A stretch of 64,000 bases of DNA from the sequence record MW822008.1; one strand, written 5' to 3'. The translations under genes were made by a program, and so were the position numbers. The notes beneath the pieces were generated by a model. It was not told the DNA's origin. It did no database searches and saw only the letters and a list, made by a program, of their open reading frames with translations. Below, piece after piece: positions 24,251-33,522 of this stretch (position 1 is its first letter; each line of letters opens with the position of its first letter).

Positions 24251-24514
24251 ATGCAAATGATCAATTTAAGTAAAGATGAATATACCGAGCGTATGACAAA
24301 AATTACGCACAAACGTAATACAATCTATCACAACCCAGAAATTCAACACAGTAAGAAAATGATTATGATGCGTGAGTTAAAGATGGGTGTATTCTTAGGA
24401 ACAAACTATCAAGATACAGAAGTAAATCGCTTAATCGCGGAGTTGCTACTGGAAATCAGAGGTAAGCTGTACTTTCATCAAATGACCCAACCACTGAGGT
24501 GTACTAAGAAATGA
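24251..24514 (+). CDS. Family A paralog
   Basis: FLGTNYQD; start trimmed. Confidence 0.85.
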   Translation: MQMINLSKDEYTERMTKITHKRNTIYHNPEIQHSKKMIMMRELKMGVFLGTNYQDTEVNRLIAELLLEIRGKLYFHQMTQPLRCTKK

Positions 24515-24726
24515 TCAACATCACATTGCAAGAAAGATTCATCCGAATCAACTATGCAATTACCAAATTAGATGCTACTATAGGATTCCAAAGTCTACCA
24601 TACAAAACCAGATTGTTATTAGAGTGTGAAGCTAAGTTGGGTGTACTATTAGGGACGCAACACCAACAACGATATGTGGAAATCTGGATTGATCTTTTAA
24701 CCCAGGATGTACATGAGAGAATGTAA
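24511..24726 (+). CDS. Family A paralog
   Basis: LLGTQHQQ. Confidence 0.85.
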   Translation: MINITLQERFIRINYAITKLDATIGFQSLPYKTRLLLECEAKLGVLLGTQHQQRYVEIWIDLLTQDVHERM

Positions 24727-24981
24727 ATGCAAAATGAAATGATATACTTAACCTATAATGAATACGTCGAGAGATTAGTTCGTGCCAAGAGATATACCAA
24801 TAAACGTCCAATTGACCTAAACCAAACCCCTGCCGAAAGGAGTGCAGAAGTTTTATTCCAATCACTACCATACCTTCTTGGAACTGATAGACAAGAGGAA
24901 TATGTTGCACGTATGATTAGATATCTTAAAATCACTATTAAGGAAAAAGTAAATGCAAATGAAATACTTAACAGACGATGA
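24727..24981 (+). CDS. Family A paralog
   Basis: LLGTDRQE. Confidence 0.85.
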   Translation: MQNEMIYLTYNEYVERLVRAKRYTNKRPIDLNQTPAERSAEVLFQSLPYLLGTDRQEEYVARMIRYLKITIKEKVNANEILNRR

Positions 24982-25204
24982 GTTAAAAGAACGACTAATT
25001 AAATCCAGAAAACTTACAAATCAACTTCCAAACGACACAAACAAGTCACATGCCGAAAGGAGTGCAGAAGTTTTATACATTCAACTCATGTACTTTCTTG
25101 GCACTGACAGACAAGAGTATTACATTGAAAGTATGCTTCGATATCTTAAATTCTCTATAAAGGAAAAGATACATGCTCAAGAATTTAAAAATCCTAACAG
25201 TTAA
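24953..25204 (+). CDS. Family A paralog
   Basis: FLGTDRQE; shares AERSAEVL with the previous gene. Confidence 0.85.
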   Translation: MQMKYLTDDELKERLIKSRKLTNQLPNDTNKSHAERSAEVLYIQLMYFLGTDRQEYYIESMLRYLKFSIKEKIHAQEFKNPNS

Positions 25205-25415
25205 TGAATATCATACGATTGTAATGAAAACTAATAGTGCAATTTCTAAAAAATCAAACCCCAAGTACATACTGGAACACACATTCGAAGAACGTCAATT
25301 AGCTTTAGTTGAAGCAAAACTTCTTGCACTCCTAGGAACAAACTATCAGGAAGAATACATCAGAAAACTAATATACCTTTTAACTAAACATATAAGAAAA
25401 AGAAAAAATGCATGA
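25173..25415 (+). CDS. Family A paralog
   Basis: LLGTNYQE. Confidence 0.85.
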   Translation: MLKNLKILTVNEYHTIVMKTNSAISKKSNPKYILEHTFEERQLALVEAKLLALLGTNYQEEYIRKLIYLLTKHIRKRKNA

Positions 25416-25642
25416 AACACTTGACAGATGATGAACATGGACTTATAGTAATGGATGTAATCAACATCGAATACAAAAAGTTGATACGCTACCGTTGTTA
25501 TGAAGATAAGCAACTCGTTCTAGCAGAACAGAAGTTGTTTCGACTCTTAAACACAAACTTCCAAGCACAATACGAAGAATCGTATATGTACCTTTTGGCG
25601 AGGAAAGCAAAAAGAGATTATGAAAATTTTAAGCAAAGGTGA
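25412..25642 (+). CDS. Family A paralog
   Basis: LLNTNFQA. Confidence 0.85.
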   Translation: MKHLTDDEHGLIVMDVINIEYKKLIRYRCYEDKQLVLAEQKLFRLLNTNFQAQYEESYMYLLARKAKRDYENFKQR

Positions 25643-25841
25643 TTCAGTAATATTACTTATAGAGAGTTCAAGTAAATTCTTAAACATAACACTGTCTGAT
25701 ATAGATGAAGATGACAAAGAAGTACTGAGAGCAGATTTAAGAGTACTGTTACATATCGGAACAAACCTACAAGAAGAATATGTAGAGTGCTACATTAATG
25801 AACTTAAAGAATCAGTACTGAGAAAATGCAAATGCAAATGA
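25620..25841 (+). CDS. Family A paralog
   Basis: HIGTNLQE. Confidence 0.85.
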   Translation: MKILSKGDSVILLIESSSKFLNITLSDIDEDDKEVLRADLRVLLHIGTNLQEEYVECYINELKESVLRKCKCK

Positions 25842-26065
25842 AAATCATTTCACCCACAGAATACAACCAACTATTAAGTAGTTTAATTCTAAAGCTGTTT
25901 ATAACAAAAAGCATGAAATTACCAGATGATGAAATAAGTATTCTAGTAAGTGAAATCTATGTTCAAGCTACACTAGGGACTAACTATCAAGAATGCAATA
26001 TTAATGATTACATCAATGAACTAAAAAGGTTTATCCAATGCAAATGCGAATCATTACCGAAGTAG
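25826..26065 (+). CDS. Family A paralog
   Basis: TLGTNYQE. Confidence 0.85.
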   Translation: MQMQMKIISPTEYNQLLSSLILKLFITKSMKLPDDEISILVSEIYVQATLGTNYQECNINDYINELKRFIQCKCESLPK

Positions 26066-26280
26066 AATACCTAACAATCATAAATGGACTGTTTTCGAAG
26101 TTATTTGCCATTAACACATCAAAACTTCCAGATTCTGATAAAATTATTAAGTTAAATGAAATCTACGTTCAAGCTACTCTAGGAACAAACTATCAAGAAG
26201 CCAATGTGTATAATTACATTAATACACTCAAAAGGGTAATACAATTAAAATGCACAGACAGCACACACACAAACCCCTAG
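26038..26280 (+). CDS. Family A paralog
   Basis: TLGTNYQE; shares EIYVQATLGTNYQE with the previous gene. Confidence 0.85.
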   Translation: MQMRIITEVEYLTIINGLFSKLFAINTSKLPDSDKIIKLNEIYVQATLGTNYQEANVYNYINTLKRVIQLKCTDSTHTNP

Positions 26281-26480
26281 GAACAGCAGAATACATTGAA
26301 CTAATGGCTGCAAACTTCTCATCCTTTAAGAAACTGATGCAAGAATCAAAGAATGATTTAGAATATCACATCAAAAGTTCAGATTTAAGATTGCTACTCA
26401 CTCTAGGAACAGATTCCCAAGAGCGATTTGTCAATGAGCATATTAGAGCACTTTTAAATGGCATCAGGAATAAACTATGA
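26250..26480 (+). CDS. Family A paralog
   Basis: TLGTDSQE. Confidence 0.8.
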   Translation: MHRQHTHKPLGTAEYIELMAANFSSFKKLMQESKNDLEYHIKSSDLRLLLTLGTDSQERFVNEHIRALLNGIRNKL

Positions 26481-26693
26481 AGGAAATATCAAATCAAGAG
26501 TACTTGGCACTATTCAGGAAGAATAATCACAAATATATGGCACTTGATTCAAGAACTGATATAAGTGAACTTGAAAAAAAATCTTTTGCGTTCAGAGATG
26601 ATAGTACTGACACTCTTAGGAACACAGCATCAAGAGAGAACTGTTAATTCACACATAGGGATTCTTATGCAGATAGTTCAGGAAAAGATATGA
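26477..26693 (+). pseudogene. Family A paralog frameshifted at an A8 run
   Basis: MKEISNQEY...ELEKK, then LLRSEMIVLTLLGTQHQER... in the next frame; 217 nt = 72 codons + 1; A-run at 26574-26581. Confidence 0.8.
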
Positions 26694-26911
26694 GAATCAT
26701 AACACAACAAGATATTCTTAAGTTCACAAGGGTTCATGCATCTGAATTTGATGCTATATTATCAAAAAGTTACAACAACCCTTATACACAAGATGTACAT
26801 TACAGTGAATTATGGATGTATATACTTTTAGGTACAAATAAGCAAGAGCAAGCCGTACAGAAGTATTTGACAGCTTTACGTGATGCTACTGCTAATGGAG
26901 TATGTGTTTAA
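26690..26911 (+). CDS. Family A paralog
   Basis: LLGTNKQE. Confidence 0.85.
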   Translation: MRIITQQDILKFTRVHASEFDAILSKSYNNPYTQDVHYSELWMYILLGTNKQEQAVQKYLTALRDATANGVCV

Positions 26912-26912
26912 T

Positions 26913-27155
26913 ATGAAAGTACTGACAGAAATAGAAATGTATCATAGATTTAATAAGTACTATCATTTACTTAAGCCTATACAGAGGATTAAATGTCCAT
27001 TTGAAGAGAAACAGGTTTTAATCTATGAGCACAAGTTCTTTGTATCATTAGGTACAGATCAACAAGAGTACTATTTGACGTTGTACTTGATTACATTAAT
27101 AGATTTAATTCACTATAAAACCAAACAAGCTAATAAAGAGAAATATGAAAACTAA
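26913..27155 (+). CDS. Family A paralog
   Basis: SLGTDQQE; start trimmed. Confidence 0.85.
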   Translation: MKVLTEIEMYHRFNKYYHLLKPIQRIKCPFEEKQVLIYEHKFFVSLGTDQQEYYLTLYLITLIDLIHYKTKQANKEKYEN

Positions 27156-27489
27156 TATACAACTCAAGGTATATAAATCATTTGAACATACATATATCAA
27201 AAGTAGTCTATGTAGAGATGTAATGGATTACAAGGGTAAGCCATTCACAATTACCTATGATTCTTATGTTAGTGATTTATATATATCATTTGTTAATTAC
27301 GAAAATAAAATATACAAGCACGTTGATATTAAAGATTTAAGTACTTTATCACCAGAGGAATACTTTCAGGAATCATTAGTATGGGATTTAGAGTTTCCTA
27401 TGCCATTAGTACATAAGATGATAGTACTAATGAAAGAATCTAAACAGGAGCCTAATGGTGATTATGAAGAACACACAGTTGAGTACTGA
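27145..27489 (+). CDS. Family B paralog
   Basis: EEYFQESLVWD. Confidence 0.85.
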   Translation: MKTNIQLKVYKSFEHTYIKSSLCRDVMDYKGKPFTITYDSYVSDLYISFVNYENKIYKHVDIKDLSTLSPEEYFQESLVWDLEFPMPLVHKMIVLMKESKQEPNGDYEEHTVEY

Positions 27490-27850
27490 TAATATTAAGA
27501 GTTATACAAGCTCAAGTACTGTGACAATCGAAGTGAATTCTATTAATGCTGGTAATGCAGTAGATAAGTTCTTTATTGCTCAAGGGTACAGGAAAGATAT
27601 TCATCAATATTGTTCAGTATATGGGGAGTACAATAGTACTGAAGATATAATTTATTGGTCAACACATCAAGATTATCTAACTAAAATTGGCGTTCCAGAT
27701 GTTAGTACTTTATCTGAAGAAGAATACTTTCAGTACAGCTTAGTACATGATGTACCTATACCTTTAGGGTTAATCAAGGGTATACAGGAAGAGGTTCATA
27801 AGCTTAAATCCATGAGTAAAGGTACTTTCATTAGAACAGTGCAATACTAG
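27455..27850 (+). CDS. Family B paralog
   Basis: EEEYFQYSLVHD. Confidence 0.85.
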   Translation: MVIMKNTQLSTDNIKSYTSSSTVTIEVNSINAGNAVDKFFIAQGYRKDIHQYCSVYGEYNSTEDIIYWSTHQDYLTKIGVPDVSTLSEEEYFQYSLVHDVPIPLGLIKGIQEEVHKLKSMSKGTFIRTVQY

Positions 27851-27851
27851 C

Positions 27852-27880
27852 TTGACAGTACTTTTCATTACTGATATAGT
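27852..27880 (+). promoter_or_regulatory. sigma70 promoter
   Basis: TTGACA-17-TGnTATAGT. Confidence 0.7.
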
Positions 27881-27911
27881 ACCTGTACGTTAATCATTAG
27901 GGTAGAAAATT

Positions 27912-28157
27912 ATGTTAAATTTTTTAAATTTCCTTATCGTCTTGTGTATTGTTCTTGGGATTGCACCATTTGTATTGTATTTCATGGATTCAGATGAAAT
28001 GCAGAAGATGAATTGCACAAGGACAGGACAGAGTAGAGTAGAGACGATTCTTATGCCTGTTACGGTTATTGTTAACAACATGCCCATTACGAACATGGTC
28101 CCTACCCTAACGACAACGTACCAGTACTCTTGTGCTGACGGAGAGAGGTGGAGATGA
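27912..28157 (+). CDS. Membrane-anchored hypothetical protein
   Basis: N-terminal hydrophobic helix. Confidence 0.7.
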   Translation: MLNFLNFLIVLCIVLGIAPFVLYFMDSDEMQKMNCTRTGQSRVETILMPVTVIVNNMPITNMVPTLTTTYQYSCADGERWR

Positions 28158-28465
28158 AATTTAATATAGCAAAAACATCTAATATATGTATATTTGGTTA
28201 TGCCGAAGAGTTGGGTGATATTGACATTCTTTTGTACAAAAAGGATGGTGTTATGCATTTCAAGTACCAGGATGAAGAGGCAGACAATTATCTTTTACCT
28301 AATTTAGTACAAATGCAGGAAGATGAATTATTCCAGTACAGCTTAGTATACGACATTGATATTTGCACGATGCCAGTACTAATTAGTATTCAAAAAGTGA
28401 TGCTCGATATGTATGATAAGCTAATACAAGGTATGTCAGGGAGGATCATTGAAATTGACATATAA
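28148..28465 (+). CDS. Family B paralog
   Basis: EDELFQYSLVYD. Confidence 0.85.
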   Translation: MEMKFNIAKTSNICIFGYAEELGDIDILLYKKDGVMHFKYQDEEADNYLLPNLVQMQEDELFQYSLVYDIDICTMPVLISIQKVMLDMYDKLIQGMSGRIIEIDI

Positions 28466-28661
28466 GAATATACCTAATGCATATGAAATGAAGTACAGGG
28501 AGTTTATTAAAAATGTACACACCGATCCTTTTAATATCAAAATATCAGATTTTGATGTATTATTTTATCTAGGGACAATAGCACAGGATCAATGCGTTGA
28601 TAAGCTCATATGGTCCTTGAAAATGGAGATACAATGCAGACCCAAATATATAAAAAGGTAG
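28449..28661 (+). CDS. Family A paralog (outlier)
   Basis: YLGTIAQD; TTG start with GAGG RBS. Confidence 0.8.
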   Translation: MKLTYKNIPNAYEMKYREFIKNVHTDPFNIKISDFDVLFYLGTIAQDQCVDKLIWSLKMEIQCRPKYIKR

Positions 28662-28897
28662 ATTCTTTATTGTACGCTTCAAAGTACAGGGATTTTTGTT
28701 TACGAGGGGGAGAGGAAGATTTCTCTCTGAGATTATCTGAATTTAATATGTTATTTTATCTTGGTACAAAAGATCAAGAAGATACAGTACAGAAATTTAT
28801 CAAGCACCTTGAACAAAAAATTCATATGCAAATTTTTATGCTTAAGGTACATAATGAGATAAACAAATATGAACCCAACAATAGTACAGGATCTTAA
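28634..28897 (+). CDS. Family A paralog (outlier)
   Basis: YLGTKDQE. Confidence 0.8.
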   Translation: MQTQIYKKVDSLLYASKYRDFCLRGGEEDFSLRLSEFNMLFYLGTKDQEDTVQKFIKHLEQKIHMQIFMLKVHNEINKYEPNNSTGS

Positions 28898-29255
28898 ACA
28901 AGTAATATTCCTTTTGAATACCAGAAGTGAATTGTATACAGAGTTAAAAGAGATTAATGCATTTTATCAGAATTTTGTAATCCAAGAGTTCAGTGATTTA
29001 ATTACAGATGCATTATTTGAATTCTCGGAGAAATACAAAGGAACAGAGTTCAGTGTTAAGAATGTTATTCGTCCAAGTACAAGGAAAATTATATTATCAC
29101 ATTTTACATTTGACAATAAAGATTTATTCAGTCATAATCCAAGTACAGCTTTATATTTTATTCCTGATTCAGATAAAAATCATCCTATTCATTACGGATG
29201 GATTTTGTCATATATAGTACAAGGAAAGGAGTATCCTATTAAATGGAAAGATTAG
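28869..29255 (+). CDS. Hypothetical protein
   Basis: ORF. Confidence 0.75.
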   Translation: MNPTIVQDLKQVIFLLNTRSELYTELKEINAFYQNFVIQEFSDLITDALFEFSEKYKGTEFSVKNVIRPSTRKIILSHFTFDNKDLFSHNPSTALYFIPDSDKNHPIHYGWILSYIVQGKEYPIKWKD

Positions 29256-29404
29256 GGCGATTAGATTATTACACAATTAATACAAATTATTTGTTGCGTA
29301 ATATAAAATCCGATTACAAAATATGGATAAAGAACAGAGATAGCATGTGTTATGAATTTTATTTAGATTATGCTATCAAACGATTTTTAAGAGAAGAACA
29401 TTAA
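29243..29404 (+). CDS. 53-aa hypothetical protein
   Basis: Translated by hand; AAGGAG RBS; fills the gap between neighbours. Confidence 0.6.
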   Translation: MERLGRLDYYTINTNYLLRNIKSDYKIWIKNRDSMCYEFYLDYAIKRFLREEH

Positions 29405-29607
29405 TGCAAAAGATTAATACGATAACATTAAATGCATTACAGGATTCATTATTAGATAGTATTAAGATGTATTACAATATACATTTGAAGGGTGGTATTG
29501 ATGATTACGATTATTATTTGAGTTTAATTACATTTGAGCACCTTTCAGTACAGGACAGGATTTTACATCCTACAAATCCTAGGTATCCATCGATAGGTAA
29601 ATTATGA
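29404..29607 (+). CDS. Hypothetical protein
   Basis: ORF, overlapping neighbours. Confidence 0.65.
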   Translation: MQKINTITLNALQDSLLDSIKMYYNIHLKGGIDDYDYYLSLITFEHLSVQDRILHPTNPRYPSIGKL

Positions 29608-30158
29608 ATGAGATAGAGTTATTAGCACACAAGATAAGTACAATAATGCTTATCCTCAATAACAACCATCCTATATCGCAGATAGATGGAATCCTGAGTC
29701 AGAGGACAGGTGGTAGTTTATATTTGTCCATAAACGCAGATATCGCAAGGAAATACATTGATATTGACATTGATGTTGAAATCGAATATGATACAACGGG
29801 GATTGTTGGTGTAGGTGCATTAATCAGTTCAAATCCAGTATCAGCATCCCCATTGACCAAAGATGTTAGTACAGGATTCGAAGGGTATTTGTGGTACAAT
29901 ACCAATGATGATTATTTTATATATCAGCATTCCAATACAAATTATGATGAAGACAAATTTCAGTTCATAGACCCTTATGATGAAGCTGAAGTATTTCAAA
30001 AATCATTAATCACAAAACCGCATGAGATGATGTATCTAATTTTATTCAGTACAATGCATTTGAATCCATTAATTAAAGGTTTAAAATTTTATATTCAATT
30101 AAATTTAGTCCATGTAGTTTATGATTTATTAATGCAAGGATATAGTTATGAAGTATAA
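29604..30158 (+). CDS. Family B paralog
   Basis: EAEVFQKSLI; close paralog of 30242. Confidence 0.85.
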   Translation: MNEIELLAHKISTIMLILNNNHPISQIDGILSQRTGGSLYLSINADIARKYIDIDIDVEIEYDTTGIVGVGALISSNPVSASPLTKDVSTGFEGYLWYNTNDDYFIYQHSNTNYDEDKFQFIDPYDEAEVFQKSLITKPHEMMYLILFSTMHLNPLIKGLKFYIQLNLVHVVYDLLMQGYSYEV

Positions 30159-30218
30159 AATGAAGTATAAAATGATGTATACCCCAAGATATGATTTATG
30201 TTGAATTAGAAGATGATG
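30148..30218 (+). pseudogene. Truncated copy of the 5' end of gene 30738
   Basis: Near-identical to 30738-30796 apart from a 12-bp duplication and a 1-nt insertion. Confidence 0.7.
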
Positions 30219-30241
30219 CATCCATCAATAGGTAATAATAT

Positions 30242-30748
30242 ATGAATGAGATAGAATTATTAGCACACAAGATTAGTACAGTAATGCTTATGCTCAAGAA
30301 TAATCATTCTATGCATAAGTACATTTATATAGGTGATTTACGCATAGAAGATAGATATGATAAATTATCGTTTTTGTTTAAAGATGAAAGTAATGCAAAA
30401 GTTTGTTTTGCAGCATTTGCCCAAGGCAATCCAGAACAAGCATCTCCTGTTATATACGAAAATAGTGAAGGGTATTTGTGGGTCAACACAAACGATTATT
30501 TCTTTTATGATTTGAAACAAAATGATGAAGTAGAAGCACGAATTGATTTAATTGATATTAGTTCAGATTGTAGTTCTGAATTATTTCAGAAATCGTTATT
30601 ATACAGTCCTCGTCAAATACATTATCTAAAGTTATTCAGTTCATTGTACGCGAATCCTTTAATTAAGGGTTTTAAATTTTATATCAAAATTCCGTACCTT
30701 TCAAACGTTTATGATATTTTGATGCAAGGATATAGTTATGAAGTATAA
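30242..30748 (+). CDS. Family B paralog
   Basis: SELFQKSLLY. Confidence 0.85.
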   Translation: MNEIELLAHKISTVMLMLKNNHSMHKYIYIGDLRIEDRYDKLSFLFKDESNAKVCFAAFAQGNPEQASPVIYENSEGYLWVNTNDYFFYDLKQNDEVEARIDLIDISSDCSSELFQKSLLYSPRQIHYLKLFSSLYANPLIKGFKFYIKIPYLSNVYDILMQGYSYEV

Positions 30749-31049
30749 AATGATGTATACCCCAGATATGATTTATGTTGAATTAGAAGATGATGACGAT
30801 GGGTGGAATTTGATTTATTCAAGAAGTTCAGGTTGGTACATGGCACATTTAAATGATTCGATAGTTACAGATTATTTTGTAGATTTCAATACATTATCCG
30901 ATGAAGAATTGTTCCAACAGCAATTAGTGATTGACACGGGTGGTTATGATGTCTTATTATTAAAAAAGATACAGAAAGCTGTTATTGATTTTAAGCCCAT
31001 GATATGGCAAAGGAAATATTATGACCTCGAAGTACCGTACCAGCAATGA
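30738..31049 (+). CDS. Family B paralog
   Basis: DEELFQQQLVID. Confidence 0.85.
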   Translation: MKYKMMYTPDMIYVELEDDDDGWNLIYSRSSGWYMAHLNDSIVTDYFVDFNTLSDEELFQQQLVIDTGGYDVLLLKKIQKAVIDFKPMIWQRKYYDLEVPYQQ

Positions 31050-31587
31050 TATTCAGTACACCTACGCTAATGCAATCCTTATGGGACAAAAGTTAGCTTG
31101 TATTGTTGCAGCCTTATATAATGCACAGAAAGATTACAAGCGTCACATCCACAAATGTATTGGTATTATTCCATCGAAGTACAATACATATATTACGTGC
31201 ACGAGTCATTTTGATAAACGATTCAATACACCTGATAACCCAAATGCCCGTAGTGTTATTGGTCTTTTGGATTTTGCCCCTGGGGCTGTTATTGGAAAGA
31301 ATGATTTAGAGTACGCATGGTATAATAAAAATTCCCCATTAGTAATGGTAACATATAATAAAGAAACGAACAAAACAATAGAGTACAATACATATAAATC
31401 AGAGGAAGAATTTTTCCAAGGTTCAATGCTTGTACCAGTGCGTTTGTTATTTTATAATGTCATAATGAGTACAGTACACAATAGTCCATTACACAAGAAT
31501 CACAAAATTAATTTCAATTTTTGTGCTTATGCGATTGATGGTGTTTATGAGTGCTTAATGGAGATATTGAGTTATGAAGCTGAATAA
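31021..31587 (+). CDS. Family B paralog
   Basis: EEEFFQGSML. Confidence 0.8.
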   Translation: MTSKYRTSNDIQYTYANAILMGQKLACIVAALYNAQKDYKRHIHKCIGIIPSKYNTYITCTSHFDKRFNTPDNPNARSVIGLLDFAPGAVIGKNDLEYAWYNKNSPLVMVTYNKETNKTIEYNTYKSEEEFFQGSMLVPVRLLFYNVIMSTVHNSPLHKNHKINFNFCAYAIDGVYECLMEILSYEAE

Positions 31588-31915
31588 TACATTTGATATT
31601 AATAAGTTAAGAGAATGGTTTTATAGTATTGAAATTGAAGCCATCCCGTATCATAGATATGAACAATATAATTTAACCAGTATTGATATCAGTGAGTTGT
31701 ACGCGTATTATCAAAGTGCATTAGAGATGCATAAGTTATTTTTGAGTACAGATTTTGTTCTAAATTACAATTTTGAGGAATTTAAAAATTATAATTTAGT
31801 ACAGAAATATGTAGTAGCAAAGTACATGTACAATCAAGGAATCAAAGGTTGCATCGAATTCAATACCGTTCTTGTTTTAGTTGAGGTAATTTTATGCACC
31901 GCATGTCTGATTTAG
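31574..31915 (+). CDS. Hypothetical protein
   Basis: ORF. Confidence 0.7.
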   Translation: MKLNNTFDINKLREWFYSIEIEAIPYHRYEQYNLTSIDISELYAYYQSALEMHKLFLSTDFVLNYNFEEFKNYNLVQKYVVAKYMYNQGIKGCIEFNTVLVLVEVILCTACLI

Positions 31916-32400
31916 AGTTCAGTTTAGATGCAGCATTTAAATTTGTTCACAAAATAGAAACAATATACAGTACATTATGTGCAATAACATCAGTATCAAA
32001 AGAGCTTGATGTTGGTGAAAGGTATCAGGTGTGGAATAATTCATTTTTTAATAAAGAACATTCTTCGACGGCATTTTATATTTTAGCATTTAATCCCACC
32101 AATTGTTACCCAGAGAAGCATGAACGTTATCCGAATGACGACATGTGGTTTGAGTACAAAGAAGATTCTTATATGTCGTCAATTGTAGTTCCTGATGATT
32201 TTAATGCACAAGATTTAACAGAAGAGTGGTGGTTCCAGCAGAATTTAGTACATGATGATATTGATTTATTTTTCTATATTGCATTTAAAATGCTTTATCA
32301 CAACAATATAGTTAAAGAAAGTGTATCGTTTTCATGTCTATATATTGATGATTTGTACAATGAAATTCAAATAAACATGCCCAGAACGCCTGTATCGTAA
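31894..32400 (+). CDS. Family B paralog
   Basis: EEWWFQQNLVHD. Confidence 0.85.
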   Translation: MHRMSDLEFSLDAAFKFVHKIETIYSTLCAITSVSKELDVGERYQVWNNSFFNKEHSSTAFYILAFNPTNCYPEKHERYPNDDMWFEYKEDSYMSSIVVPDDFNAQDLTEEWWFQQNLVHDDIDLFFYIAFKMLYHNNIVKESVSFSCLYIDDLYNEIQINMPRTPVS

Positions 32401-32415
32401 GATATGGGCTTTTTT
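32388..32415 (+). terminator. Intrinsic terminator
   Basis: GCCTGTATC-GTAA-GATATGGGC plus T6. Confidence 0.75.
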
Positions 32416-32425
32416 CGTTTTGGTA

Positions 32426-32454
32426 TTGACATAGAAGACCAAAGCTGTTATCAT
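32426..32454 (+). promoter_or_regulatory. sigma70 promoter
   Basis: TTGACA-17-TGnTATCAT. Confidence 0.7.
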
Positions 32455-32482
32455 GTGTAATCATTTTAAAGGAGAACATATA

Positions 32483-32995
32483 GTGAGTTTCATAATCCCA
32501 AGTACATACGAAGATGCATCAAGTGCAGTTCATAAGATTCATTATATTTTTAATTTAATTATTAGATCTGCAAAAATTAAAATGTATGCACCTCTTGTGA
32601 CAAATAATCGAAATGAAGAAATTTTTATTAGCACAGACAAAATTATTTTTCCATCTTTCCATGAAGATAGATTGTGGTTCATGCATTTAGCTGCATTACA
32701 AAAATATAAAATGTCAATTCGTAATAATTTGGATATACCGTTATATCATCCTGATATTGGAGAGGATGAATATTTTCAGTACAGTACAGTACACCGCCAT
32801 GAAGATATCTTTGTTGCTATGCTTATTGCTAAATTGAATACCGTTGATTTGGAGCAGCACAAATATAATAATACATCATGTAAGATCATAATCCCTGCAT
32901 TCATAGCTCTTTATGATTATGTGGTGCATAACATAAAAGATGATACATATGCTTTCAATGAAGAGTATTTGGATTTTTTTAAGGAGAACATATGA
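32483..32995 (+). CDS. Family B paralog
   Basis: EDEYFQYSTVH; GTG start after AAGGAG. Confidence 0.8.
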   Translation: MSFIIPSTYEDASSAVHKIHYIFNLIIRSAKIKMYAPLVTNNRNEEIFISTDKIIFPSFHEDRLWFMHLAALQKYKMSIRNNLDIPLYHPDIGEDEYFQYSTVHRHEDIFVAMLIAKLNTVDLEQHKYNNTSCKIIIPAFIALYDYVVHNIKDDTYAFNEEYLDFFKENI

Positions 32996-33522
32996 GCAGT
33001 ACAACAGTACAGAAAGCAATGTCATTCAATGAAATTGGTACATTTAAAGATAAGATCATTGATTGCCTTGAATACATGATTTGTAGTAATATCGAAAGTA
33101 TCGAGATATTTAACAAGACAAATCGCTCTTACCATATGATGTACATTGCAAACAATAATGGTATCATTCCATTTATTTCGGATAGTACAATATGGTACGC
33201 ATGTGATACGAAAAAAACCACAATAGGTTTACATTTATTTGAGACACATTATGATCTAATTATTCCTGAACATTGTATGCAAGAAGAAGAATATTTTCAA
33301 ATGCAATGTATACATTCACCATTAGTGTTGTTTAGTTTATATATTATACCTTATATCACCAAATGTGTTCATGAGAATAAAGCTCCGTGGAATCATGAAT
33401 TTGTATCGTTGAAGTTATTGTATAATGTATTAGTAGAATATTATGATTACAGGCACAATGGTACAATCAGTGATGTATGGGATTTTGAATCGCTAAGGGT
33501 GAAAACATACACAGGTGAATGA
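32992..33522 (+). CDS. Family B paralog
   Basis: EEEYFQMQCIH. Confidence 0.85.
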   Translation: MSSTTVQKAMSFNEIGTFKDKIIDCLEYMICSNIESIEIFNKTNRSYHMMYIANNNGIIPFISDSTIWYACDTKKTTIGLHLFETHYDLIIPEHCMQEEEYFQMQCIHSPLVLFSLYIIPYITKCVHENKAPWNHEFVSLKLLYNVLVEYYDYRHNGTISDVWDFESLRVKTYTGE

